Source: Nitrosopumilus sp. (GTDB lineage: Archaea > Thermoproteota > Nitrososphaeria > Nitrososphaerales > Nitrosopumilaceae). Taken from it: a stretch of DNA of 64,000 bases. This document shows positions 25,537-34,011 of the stretch, in pieces. A program made the translations under genes and the position numbers. Within the stretch, counting starts at the first letter, position 1. Every line of letters begins with the position of its first letter. Where the stretch lies: positions 1,152,001 to 1,216,000 of the forward strand of contig OZ242220.1 of assembly GCA_965206745.1 (NCBI GenBank), given 5' to 3'. The notes below the pieces were generated by a model, which did no database searches, was not told the origin of the DNA, and saw nothing but the letters and a program-made list of their open reading frames with translations.

Positions 25537-27045
25537 CTATTTTTCATCAAACATCTTTTTGAGCATGATTCTATTGATTGCATCGATGACTGCCTTGACA
25601 GAGGTGGTTACTATATCCTCACCAACTGACTTTGCAGAAACCTTGTTTCCCAATGGATCCTCAACTTTTACTGTAACTTCACACAATGCCCCAGAGCCAC
25701 CAGAGATAGATGCCAAACCGTAATCTTTTATCTTGATCTCAGAAATTTTGCCGGTAATTTTTTGAATCGCATTTAGCGCCGCATCCACCGGCCCGACCCC
25801 GTAGTCAGTCCCGATATGATCCTGGCCATTGATGTTTAGTTTCACAAATGCATAAGGCATGGTACCAATTCCAGTGGAGACTGAAAAACCAGTTAATTGG
25901 ACGATTCTTTCAAGTTCTTTATCACCCAAAACCTCGCTTGCCATAGATAGCAACTCCACATCAGTGATTAGTTCCCCCTGATCACCGAGTATTTTTACTT
26001 TTTCCAAGATCTGTTTTGCTTGATCGTCTGTAGGCGTTACGCCGTACTTCTTCAACATCGCATTCATTCCATGAACTCCCGCATGTTTTCCAACTTTGAG
26101 CCATCTTTTTCTTCCAACCAACTCAGGGCTGATTGGTTCGTAAGTGAGAGGGTTATTCAACACACCATGTGTGTGAATTCCAGATTCGTGTCCAAACGCA
26201 TTGGCCCCAACAATTGCCTTGTTTGGCTGTACTATAATTCCCACAGTCTTTGAGATGAATCTGGATGTTTCATAGATTAACTGTGATTTGATGTTAGTTT
26301 CATAACTTTGCTCATAAGGCAAACATTTGAGTGCCATAGAAAATTCTTCCAATGAGGCATTTCCTGCCCTTTCTCCAATTCCATTGATTGTAACATGAGC
26401 ACATGCAGCTCCTGCATGAATTCCAGACAAGGCGTTTGCAACTGCTAATCCAAAGTCATTGTGACAGTGGACACTTACCGGGAGTTTTGTAGCTTCAATA
26501 GCATCTCTGGTGAGTTCTGCCATGTATTGAGGTGTGGAATATCCGACAGTGTCAGGTATGTTGACTCTGTCAGCCCCTGCTTTTGCAACATCACCGAAAA
26601 CTTTTTTCAAAAATTCCCTATCTGTTCGTGACGCATCTTCGGCTGAAAACTCCACTTGCAGTCCACGCGATTTGCCATACTCTACTGCCTCAACTGCTTT
26701 TTGAAGTGCCTGATCTCGAGTCATGTGAAGCTTGTGCTCCAAGTGGATATCAGAAGTTGCAATAAATGTATGAATGTAATTTAGTCCCACATCAACTGCG
26801 GCATCAATGTCTTTTTTGGTAGTTCTGGCCAATCCAGCAATCTCACAGGACAGCCCTTCAGATGTAATCATCTTAACGGCTGTAGATTCACCATCAGAAA
26901 TTATCGGAAATCCAGCCTCAATTGCATCAACGCCTAACGCATCTAGTTTTTTGGCAATTGCTAGTTTTTGATCAGGCGATAGTGAAACCCCAGGTGTCTG
27001 CTCTCCGTCTCGTAATGTTGTATCAAAGATTCTAACGTTTACCAT
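25537..27045 (-). CDS. leuA: 2-isopropylmalate synthase (LeuA/CimA family)
   Basis: DTTLRDGEQ, HCHNDFGLA.AN, GIGERAGN, HESGIH, C-terminal regulatory domain GPVDA. Confidence 0.88.
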   Translation of the reverse strand: MVNVRIFDTTLRDGEQTPGVSLSPDQKLAIAKKLDALGVDAIEAGFPIISDGESTAVKMITSEGLSCEIAGLARTTKKDIDAAVDVGLNYIHTFIATSDIHLEHKLHMTRDQALQKAVEAVEYGKSRGLQVEFSAEDASRTDREFLKKVFGDVAKAGADRVNIPDTVGYSTPQYMAELTRDAIEATKLPVSVHCHNDFGLAVANALSGIHAGAACAHVTINGIGERAGNASLEEFSMALKCLPYEQSYETNIKSQLIYETSRFISKTVGIIVQPNKAIVGANAFGHESGIHTHGVLNNPLTYEPISPELVGRKRWLKVGKHAGVHGMNAMLKKYGVTPTDDQAKQILEKVKILGDQGELITDVELLSMASEVLGDKELERIVQLTGFSVSTGIGTMPYAFVKLNINGQDHIGTDYGVGPVDAALNAIQKITGKISEIKIKDYGLASISGGSGALCEVTVKVEDPLGNKVSAKSVGEDIVTTSVKAVIDAINRIMLKKMFDEK

Positions 27046-27530
27046 TACACACCACTTCTCTGCAATGCTGCAACACCAGTCCGTGCAACATCAAGTATTC
27101 CAAAGGATCTTGCCAATTCCTCAAATGCCTTGATCTGATCAGGAGTGGCAGTTAATTCCACCATGATTGAATTTTTTTTCACGTCATGGACTTTGCCTCC
27201 ATATGCGTTTGCCAATTTGTTAATCTCCATACTATCATTAGCATTACTGAGTTTTATCTTAAAAATACTAAGCTCACGAAATACTGTCTTGTGCTCATCT
27301 AAACGCTCAACTTTGACAGTGTCTATCATCTTGTCAAGTTGCTTTACTATCTGATCAATTTGTTTTTCATCACCATATGTGGTAATTGTCATCTTGGAGT
27401 AATCAGGATTCTCAGTAGTTCCCACAGAAATGCTATCAATATTGAAATTTCTTGCCCTAAAAAGATGCGTTATCTTAAATAAAATTCCAGGTTTGTTTTC
27501 AGCCAAAATAGAAAGAATCGCCCACATCAC
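27045..27530 (-). CDS. ilvH: Acetolactate synthase small (regulatory) subunit
   Basis: ACT domain ENKPGIL..I..LF..R.FNIDSI.VG, QI.KQL.K, ARTG..AL.R. Confidence 0.95.
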   Translation of the reverse strand: MMWAILSILAENKPGILFKITHLFRARNFNIDSISVGTTENPDYSKMTITTYGDEKQIDQIVKQLDKMIDTVKVERLDEHKTVFRELSIFKIKLSNANDSMEINKLANAYGGKVHDVKKNSIMVELTATPDQIKAFEELARSFGILDVARTGVAALQRSGV

Positions 27531-27537
27531 AAATCAC

Positions 27538-29235
27538 CTAAGAGGGTAAGATCATATCCGATAACGAAGTTCCAGGAGCTACGAATGGCAATACGTCTTC
27601 TTCGGGATCAATTGGAATGTCAATTACTGTTGCAACATCGCTGCTCAATGCAGTCTTGATTGCTTTGTCAAGTTCATCCATTGACTGTGCACGGATTCCT
27701 TGTGCGCCATAAGACTCTGCTAATTTAACATAATCAGGACAGCTGTGCTGTTCTACACCAATCATCCTCCTATCATAAAAGGTTCTTTGCCATTGGGCCA
27801 CCATACCCAATGTTGAATTGTTTAAGATAAATACGATTACCGGAATATCTTCCAATACTGCAGTTGCAAGAGAGTTTTCAGTCATGCTAAAGCTTCCATC
27901 GCCTGCAATATCCACAACTGGAACATCAGGCCTTGCAACCTTGGCACCAATAGCTGCTGGGAATCCCCAACCCATGGTGCCAAGTCCAGTAGAGCTAAAA
28001 AAAGTACCAGGCTGTATTACGTCATAGAACAGCGATGCCCACATCTGATGTTGTCCTACCTCAGTAGTTACAATGGATTCTTTTGGTAGCAATTCACGAA
28101 GTTTGCGTAGAATTTTAGCAGCTCCCATCTCACCCGGGTGGATTTTTAGGTTTTCCTTCCAATAATCTTTGGTTTCTTTGACATGCTTTATCCAGGGGGA
28201 TTCATCGGTTTTTTTAATTGCCTTTTGTAAAAGTATCTTTACCATGACTCTAAGATTTACTTTTACATCGCCAACAACTGCAATCTGGGCATTTTGATTC
28301 TTGCCAATCTCGGCAGGATCAACATCCATGTGAATAATTTTTAATCGTTTCTCAAAGGCTTCAAAAGTCCCAACGGATCTATCTGAAAATCTAGTTCCAA
28401 TAGCTAAAACACAGTCAGCTTCTGCCATCATTTTGTTAGCTTCTGCATGCCCATGCATTCCTATTGGACCTAATGACAAGGGATGGGTCTCAGGAAATGC
28501 CCCCTTGCCTTTGAAAGTGGTAACGACGGGAAGCATAAGGGTTTCTGCAACAGATTGTAATTCAGCAAAGGCAGATGAGATGATGGCCCCGCCACCAGCT
28601 AATATGATTGGTTTTTCAGCATGAAGCAACATCTCTATTGCTCTTTCAACATTAACAAGATCAGGATCAGCCCATGGATGATACCCTTGAATTTTAAATT
28701 CATCTGGAAAATCCATCGGTGCCTCATTGGTTTGAACATCTTTTGGGATGTCAATTAACACAGGTCCGGGTCTTCCAGTTTCTGCAATGAAGAATCCTTT
28801 TTTTACAACCTCCGGAATTTCCCCGGCAGTCCTTGGTTGGAACGCATATTTTACAGCAGGATTTGCCATCCCAATAATATCACTTTCTTGAAATGCATCT
28901 CTGCCAATCATGTTAACAGATACCTGCCCAGTTACTGCAATCATTGGAGCAGAATCTGCCTGTGCAGTTGCAATGCCAGTCAAAATGTTAGTTGCGCCAG
29001 GTCCAGATGTGGCAAAACATACTCCGGGTTTCCTGCTAACTCTTCCAAATCCATCAGCCATGTGAGATCCTGATTGTTCGTGTCTTACCAGAATATGTCT
29101 AATGTCACATCTAGCAAATTCATCATACATCGGAAGATTGGCACCGCCAGGCAACCCAAATACTTGTTTGACGCCTTCTTTTTCCATAGCAGTCATCAAG
29201 GCCTTTGCGCCAGTCATATTTTCCATTTTATTCAT
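27538..29235 (-). CDS. ilvB: Acetolactate synthase large subunit
   Basis: FGLPGGA, RHEQ, TSGPGATN, GRPGPV.ID.PKD, GDGSF TPP motif; GGTGA SD at 29248-29244 supports ATG 29235. Confidence 0.96.
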   Translation of the reverse strand: MNKMENMTGAKALMTAMEKEGVKQVFGLPGGANLPMYDEFARCDIRHILVRHEQSGSHMADGFGRVSRKPGVCFATSGPGATNILTGIATAQADSAPMIAVTGQVSVNMIGRDAFQESDIIGMANPAVKYAFQPRTAGEIPEVVKKGFFIAETGRPGPVLIDIPKDVQTNEAPMDFPDEFKIQGYHPWADPDLVNVERAIEMLLHAEKPIILAGGGAIISSAFAELQSVAETLMLPVVTTFKGKGAFPETHPLSLGPIGMHGHAEANKMMAEADCVLAIGTRFSDRSVGTFEAFEKRLKIIHMDVDPAEIGKNQNAQIAVVGDVKVNLRVMVKILLQKAIKKTDESPWIKHVKETKDYWKENLKIHPGEMGAAKILRKLRELLPKESIVTTEVGQHQMWASLFYDVIQPGTFFSSTGLGTMGWGFPAAIGAKVARPDVPVVDIAGDGSFSMTENSLATAVLEDIPVIVFILNNSTLGMVAQWQRTFYDRRMIGVEQHSCPDYVKLAESYGAQGIRAQSMDELDKAIKTALSSDVATVIDIPIDPEEDVLPFVAPGTSLSDMILPS

Positions 29236-29279
29236 TAAATTTCTCACCATAATTTTAATCTAGTAAATTTTTGAGCACA

Positions 29280-29339
29280 TTATAGCAGAGCAATAAGAGG
29301 CAAATTTTTGCCAAATTTTACTGTTAATTGCATACTCAT
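29280..29339 (-). CDS. putative leader peptide of the ilv/leu operon, MSMQLTVKFGKNLPLIALL (19 aa)
   Basis: Read manually; ATG 29339 to TAA 29280; 7 of 19 residues Leu/Ile/Val, clustered before the stop; TTTATTA box at 29375-29369. Confidence 0.6.
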   Translation of the reverse strand: MSMQLTVKFGKNLPLIALL

Positions 29340-29459
29340 TGAAATCAAACAAATAATCAACGTATAACTAATAAAGATTGTCTGAAAAATAATCAGAATT
29401 TGACTCTATTTGATGCATAAGACTTAAACCAATATTTTCTGAACTTGAAATGAACTGTT

Positions 29460-29864
29460 TTGAGCGATAATGCGGAGATCATACAAGTGATAGAGACGTT
29501 GTTTCAAGCAGGAATTACCAAGGATCTTTCAAAACTAAGAGACATCCATCTTAATGATTCAAAATTTTCTAGTTTTAGTGATTTGCCACCATATGATCTT
29601 AAAGATTATCAGACAACCATAGAACTTGAAGAATTAAGATTCATCAGCATATCAGATTATACATATGAAATTAAAAATCCAAAGATCAGCTTGTTTGGAG
29701 AAACAGCAGTTGTTGCTTTAGAATTGATTCAAAAAGGAATGCTGGTAGATAACAAAGCATACACCGGAGAGCACATGGTAATCACTGGGCGTGCAACATT
29801 TGTTCTAGTAAAACAATCAACATGGAAAATTGCGCATATTCATTTATCAAAGATAGACGGATAA
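29460..29864 (+). CDS. NTF2-like / SnoaL-like protein
   Basis: C-terminal GRATFVLVK...WKIAHIHLS signature. Confidence 0.8.
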   Translation: MSDNAEIIQVIETLFQAGITKDLSKLRDIHLNDSKFSSFSDLPPYDLKDYQTTIELEELRFISISDYTYEIKNPKISLFGETAVVALELIQKGMLVDNKAYTGEHMVITGRATFVLVKQSTWKIAHIHLSKIDG

Positions 29865-29882
29865 TTCAAAATTAAGAAAGTT

Positions 29883-30749
29883 TTATTTTATTTCGTTTGT
29901 AGTGGGTTTGCCTTGTTCAGGGTTGTTTGGTTTGTTTTTGGATGATTTTTGTCGGTTTTTTGGCTCCTCACTAACTAATTTTTGATATAATTTGAAAGCT
30001 TGATCAACATTTCGGTTACCGTGAACAATTTCTCTTACGGCTTTGATCATAGAGACAGGATGCTCTGATTGCCAGATATTTCTACCCATATCCACACCCA
30101 CAGCACCAGCTCTGATAGCATTGTAAGTTAACTGCATAGCATCACGTTCAGGGATTTTCTTTCCACCTGCAACAATGATTGGGACAGGGCAGGATTGAAT
30201 TACTTTTTCAAAGTCATCACAGTAGTAGGTTTTTACAATATGTGCCCCTTGCTCAGCTGCCACACGACATGCCAATGAAAGGTATCTAGCATCTTTGCCA
30301 AGGTCTTTTCCTACAGCAGTAACTGCCAAAACAGGCAGTCCATATTTTTCTGCTTCACTAACCAATTTTCCAAGATTTACAATAGTCTGATACTCGTATT
30401 TTGAGCCAACAAAAATAGACATTGCAAGGGCACTGGCATTTAGTCTGATTGCATCTTCGATGGATACGGTAATGTCCTCTTTGGATAAATCATCACCTAT
30501 AATACTTGAACCGCCTGAAACTCTCAAAACCATCGGAGTGTTAGTGGTTGCAGGAACAGATGTTCTTTGAATGCCTCTTGTAACCATCAAAGAATCACAA
30601 TATTTCAACAGGGGTACAATTACTTTTTTTGGGTTTTCAAGTTTTTCAGTAGGGCCAAGAAAGTATCCGTGGTCTACTGCCAACATCAACGCACGGTTAT
30701 TTTGTGGTTTAATGATACTGGAAATTCTGTTTTTTAATCCCCAATCCAT
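29883..30749 (-). CDS. lsrF: DhnA-type class I aldolase / LsrF-like thiolase
   Basis: MDWG.KNR, LAVDHGYFLGPT, GAHIVKTYY, PIIVAGGKK, GVDMGRNIWQ. Confidence 0.85.
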   Translation of the reverse strand: MDWGLKNRISSIIKPQNNRALMLAVDHGYFLGPTEKLENPKKVIVPLLKYCDSLMVTRGIQRTSVPATTNTPMVLRVSGGSSIIGDDLSKEDITVSIEDAIRLNASALAMSIFVGSKYEYQTIVNLGKLVSEAEKYGLPVLAVTAVGKDLGKDARYLSLACRVAAEQGAHIVKTYYCDDFEKVIQSCPVPIIVAGGKKIPERDAMQLTYNAIRAGAVGVDMGRNIWQSEHPVSMIKAVREIVHGNRNVDQAFKLYQKLVSEEPKNRQKSSKNKPNNPEQGKPTTNEIK

Positions 30750-30794
30750 ATTTCTTCGATTTTGAAGGAATGAAAATCCCTTCTTAAGCCTTTC

Positions 30795-31823
30795 TCATTT
30801 TGTTATGATTATCTTCATCGCATTTTCACCAGAACGTGCATGATCAAATGCCTTTTGAGAATCAGATATACGATATGTATGAGTGATTAATTGTTTAACA
30901 TTAATTTGGGATGATTCGATTAGATTTAGAGCTTGCCGAGTGTCTGAATCAGATGCGGCATAGCTAGTTACAAGAGTAATTTCCTTGGAGTAAATTTTAC
31001 TCATATCCAAATCTAATTTGGCGCCTTTTGACGGAACGCCAAACATCATTACTGTGCCACCCTTTCTAGTCAGATCTATTGCATCATCTAATGCTTTCAG
31101 ACTGCTTGTAGCAACGATTGCAACATCCACACCCAACCCGTCAGTGTTGTCTAGAATCTTTTGCCGCCTATTTTCATCCATAGAGGAGATAGATGCAGTG
31201 ATGTTGAATTTTTTTGCAAAATCTAATCTGAAATCATTTATATCAAGACAAAATATTTTTGAGAATTTTTTCACATGAGCAAGCATGACGTGCATTATTC
31301 CGGTAGGGCCAACGCCAAAAATTGCAACAGAGTCATCTTCACGATAAGAAAATTTCGACCAGGCCCTAACACAGCATGCCAACGGTTCAACCATTGCGGC
31401 TTCTTCAAAACTAAGGGAATCAGAAATTTTTAAAACGCCACCATGAGAAACGTTCCATGCAGGAACGACATACTCTTCAGATAGCCCACAGGGAGAAAGA
31501 TTGGTTTCATAATACTTTTGACACATTGTTTCATTGGCATGATTGCAAAAATGACAATCGTAGCATGGAACATGATGGTGAGTAAACACCCTATCTCCTT
31601 TTTTGAATTCCGTTACATCAGAACCAACATCCAATACCACACCTGAAGGCTCATGACCTAACCGCATTGATGGTTGGCCATATTGTCCAAAGACTTTTTC
31701 CAAGTCAGAGCCACAAATTCCACAAGCTTGCATCTGTACTAGTATATCACCAGATGTCAATTGTGGTTTTTCTGTTTCATCAATGGAGATAATTGACGAT
31801 CCCTTGACAAATGCGGTTTTCAT
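30795..31823 (-). CDS. Zinc-dependent alcohol/polyol dehydrogenase (MDR)
   Basis: CGICGSD, GHE, C..C.FC......C, GVGPTG. Confidence 0.9.
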   Translation of the reverse strand: MKTAFVKGSSIISIDETEKPQLTSGDILVQMQACGICGSDLEKVFGQYGQPSMRLGHEPSGVVLDVGSDVTEFKKGDRVFTHHHVPCYDCHFCNHANETMCQKYYETNLSPCGLSEEYVVPAWNVSHGGVLKISDSLSFEEAAMVEPLACCVRAWSKFSYREDDSVAIFGVGPTGIMHVMLAHVKKFSKIFCLDINDFRLDFAKKFNITASISSMDENRRQKILDNTDGLGVDVAIVATSSLKALDDAIDLTRKGGTVMMFGVPSKGAKLDLDMSKIYSKEITLVTSYAASDSDTRQALNLIESSQINVKQLITHTYRISDSQKAFDHARSGENAMKIIITK

Positions 31824-31855
31824 GGTAGGAGATTAGAAATTTGATTATAAGTAGA

Positions 31856-32149
31856 TTATACGCCTAGAATCTTCTTTAACATTACTCTGTAATCAACTTC
31901 AGTTTTTTCACTTCCAGTGGCAGGCAGTGCAAATACAAGTGTTGATTTTTCAGCCCTCAGTGCAGTCAGTTCATCGTTGATGGATTCTGTAATATCATCG
32001 CTTACCAAAACAAGGCCAACATCAGAGTCATCAGTCAAGGTCTTTATCTCTTCAAGGGCGTTTTGGGGATTCTCAGAGATTTTTCCAGGAATTCCGGCTA
32101 ATTGAAAACTAGTTACAAAGGATTTACTGCCAACAGTGAAGATTTTCAC
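31856..32149 (-). CDS. atpF: A/V-type ATP synthase subunit F (orphan)
   Basis: KI..VG....V..F.LAG..G, DVGLVLV, P..LP, LK.ILGV. Confidence 0.85.
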   Translation of the reverse strand: MKIFTVGSKSFVTSFQLAGIPGKISENPQNALEEIKTLTDDSDVGLVLVSDDITESINDELTALRAEKSTLVFALPATGSEKTEVDYRVMLKKILGV

Positions 32150-32237
32150 AGTTGTTAATTTTGTGGGTTCTAATTTAACCCTTTTTGGAGGAAGCAGATC
32201 AGGAAAGGTTGATTTAGTTTAAAAAACTAGTAAATTC

Positions 32238-32537
32238 ATGGCAGAAATTGACACACAAAAAGAGATCTACTTGTTCCTGCATGGAAGGATGGATCTTAAG
32301 GAAAAAGCCACAAATGCGTTAACTGCAAAAGGATTTGCAGGTGATAAAATCACGATGGCATCGCCAACCAAAGTTGGTAAAATAGGCGAATACATGGCAA
32401 TGCTGTGGATGCCCCCAAATCCAGATCACATAAAGATTCAACAAATTACCAAGGTGGAAGAAGTAGAACCAGAAGGAATGGTCGGTCTTTGGAAAGGTGT
32501 TTCGAAAGAGGATATCAGCACTATACCGCTAGAATAG
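32238..32537 (+). CDS. hypothetical protein
   Basis: 99-aa ORF with protein-like composition. Confidence 0.7.
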   Translation: MAEIDTQKEIYLFLHGRMDLKEKATNALTAKGFAGDKITMASPTKVGKIGEYMAMLWMPPNPDHIKIQQITKVEEVEPEGMVGLWKGVSKEDISTIPLE

Positions 32538-32540
32538 GCT

Positions 32541-32792
32541 TTAGCTGAATCCAGCACCAAAATCGCTACCTTTTTCCAAGACACCACTTGAATCGGAATT
32601 TTTTAATTTTCTATAAAGCAGTGCCTCATAGACCATCTTCAAAGCGCTTTCATCATCAAGATCACAGTCTTCTTTGATCTGATTTTTGTATTTTTCTAAT
32701 TTAGCAACATCTTGTTCATCAGGTGAAATATTATCATGAACCATGATATTTGCAATTTTTTCTATTTCAGAGTTTTGTTTGTCTTCATCCAT
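32541..32792 (-). CDS. hypothetical protein
   Basis: 83-aa acidic ORF ending in DFGAGFS. Confidence 0.65.
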   Translation of the reverse strand: MDEDKQNSEIEKIANIMVHDNISPDEQDVAKLEKYKNQIKEDCDLDDESALKMVYEALLYRKLKNSDSSGVLEKGSDFGAGFS

Positions 32793-32833
32793 GATTTTAG
32801 AAAGAATTTCTAGTTATTAACAAGTTCGAATAA

Positions 32834-33136
32834 TCATAAATCAGAAATTAGTGCTCCAAGAAAGTCAGAGAATTCGTCATCAGAGAAAATAATTTTCTCA
32901 ATTTTGTTTTCATTTATAGCAAGTTGTGCAGATTCAAGATGATAGCAAGTCATTTTATCATTTAATTTGCCGAAATAAAAGCCAGGACAGGAACAAAAGA
33001 GACCTTCAGGATCAATCCAATGCTCTTCATTTTTGCCAACCACAGTCCAAATTTTACGTCCGGTCGGCTCAAAGATGTGCAATTTAACTCGCTTTTCTGA
33101 AATGATGGATTGGGCTCGATCCACTTCTTTGTTCAT
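32834..33136 (-). CDS. SWIM zinc-finger protein
   Basis: FCSCPGF.....CYH. Confidence 0.8.
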   Translation of the reverse strand: MNKEVDRAQSIISEKRVKLHIFEPTGRKIWTVVGKNEEHWIDPEGLFCSCPGFYFGKLNDKMTCYHLESAQLAINENKIEKIIFSDDEFSDFLGALISDL

Positions 33137-33167
33137 AAGGGTTTAATCGCACATCTACAGTATAACT

Positions 33168-33920
33168 TTGATGTTGCTAACAAGAATTATCCCATCAAAG
33201 CCTGCACTAATTTTAGAAGGGGCAAAGAAAAGTTTGATAGTCACAGACATCCACATCGGATTTGAAAACAACATGGAGTCAAATGAGATTTTCATAGGCA
33301 AAAATTCAACAATCAACGAATCGATTCAAGAGTTATCAGATATGATAGATTCAGAAAGGCCAGATTCGGTGATTCTGTTAGGAGACATAAAATCAAGCAT
33401 CAAAAGCATAACAAGAAATGAGTGGGACGAGGTTCCGCTATTTTTTAAAAAAATTAGAGAGAAATGTGACGTGACGCTAATTCCGGGGAATCACGATTCA
33501 AACATACAGAAACTGGTACCAGATAACATTACGATGATCAGCTCTACAGGAATGGTTGAAGAGAATATTTTGTTGACACACGGTCATACGATGCCTTCGG
33601 AGAATTTTTCCCATGTAGATAAAATCATCATGGGACATATTCATCCAGTTTTCTTTCAAGAGGACTCCATAATTAATGGCCAAAGGGTGTGGGTGTCAAT
33701 TAAAACAGATAAAGAAAACATCTTTCCAAACAAAACAGGAGATATTGAGATAACAATCATTCCATCATTTAACAAATATTTTTATGCGACACATAAAAGA
33801 CAATATAAAAAATCCACATCTCCAATCATCAACAAAATAAAAGAAATTTCCAAAGCAAAAATAATCACACTTGATGGCACAATTATCGGCAATGAGTCAA
33901 ACATCAACCAAGTGATTTGA
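33168..33920 (+). CDS. Calcineurin-like metallophosphoesterase
   Basis: DIHIG, LGD, GNHD, THGH, GHIHP, PSFN. Confidence 0.9.
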   Translation: MMLLTRIIPSKPALILEGAKKSLIVTDIHIGFENNMESNEIFIGKNSTINESIQELSDMIDSERPDSVILLGDIKSSIKSITRNEWDEVPLFFKKIREKCDVTLIPGNHDSNIQKLVPDNITMISSTGMVEENILLTHGHTMPSENFSHVDKIIMGHIHPVFFQEDSIINGQRVWVSIKTDKENIFPNKTGDIEITIIPSFNKYFYATHKRQYKKSTSPIINKIKEISKAKIITLDGTIIGNESNINQVI

Positions 33921-34011
33921 TCAGATACAGTGCAGATCAAAAATTTCAAAAATGCACTCTGCAGAAAAGTCAGTAAAGTTGCTCAGAAAATGCTTGTATT
34001 CAGATTTAGAA

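Noticed and set aside
31856-32149. Orphan ATP synthase subunit F as a novelty
   Set aside because: Split A-ATPase gene clusters are common in this archaeal group
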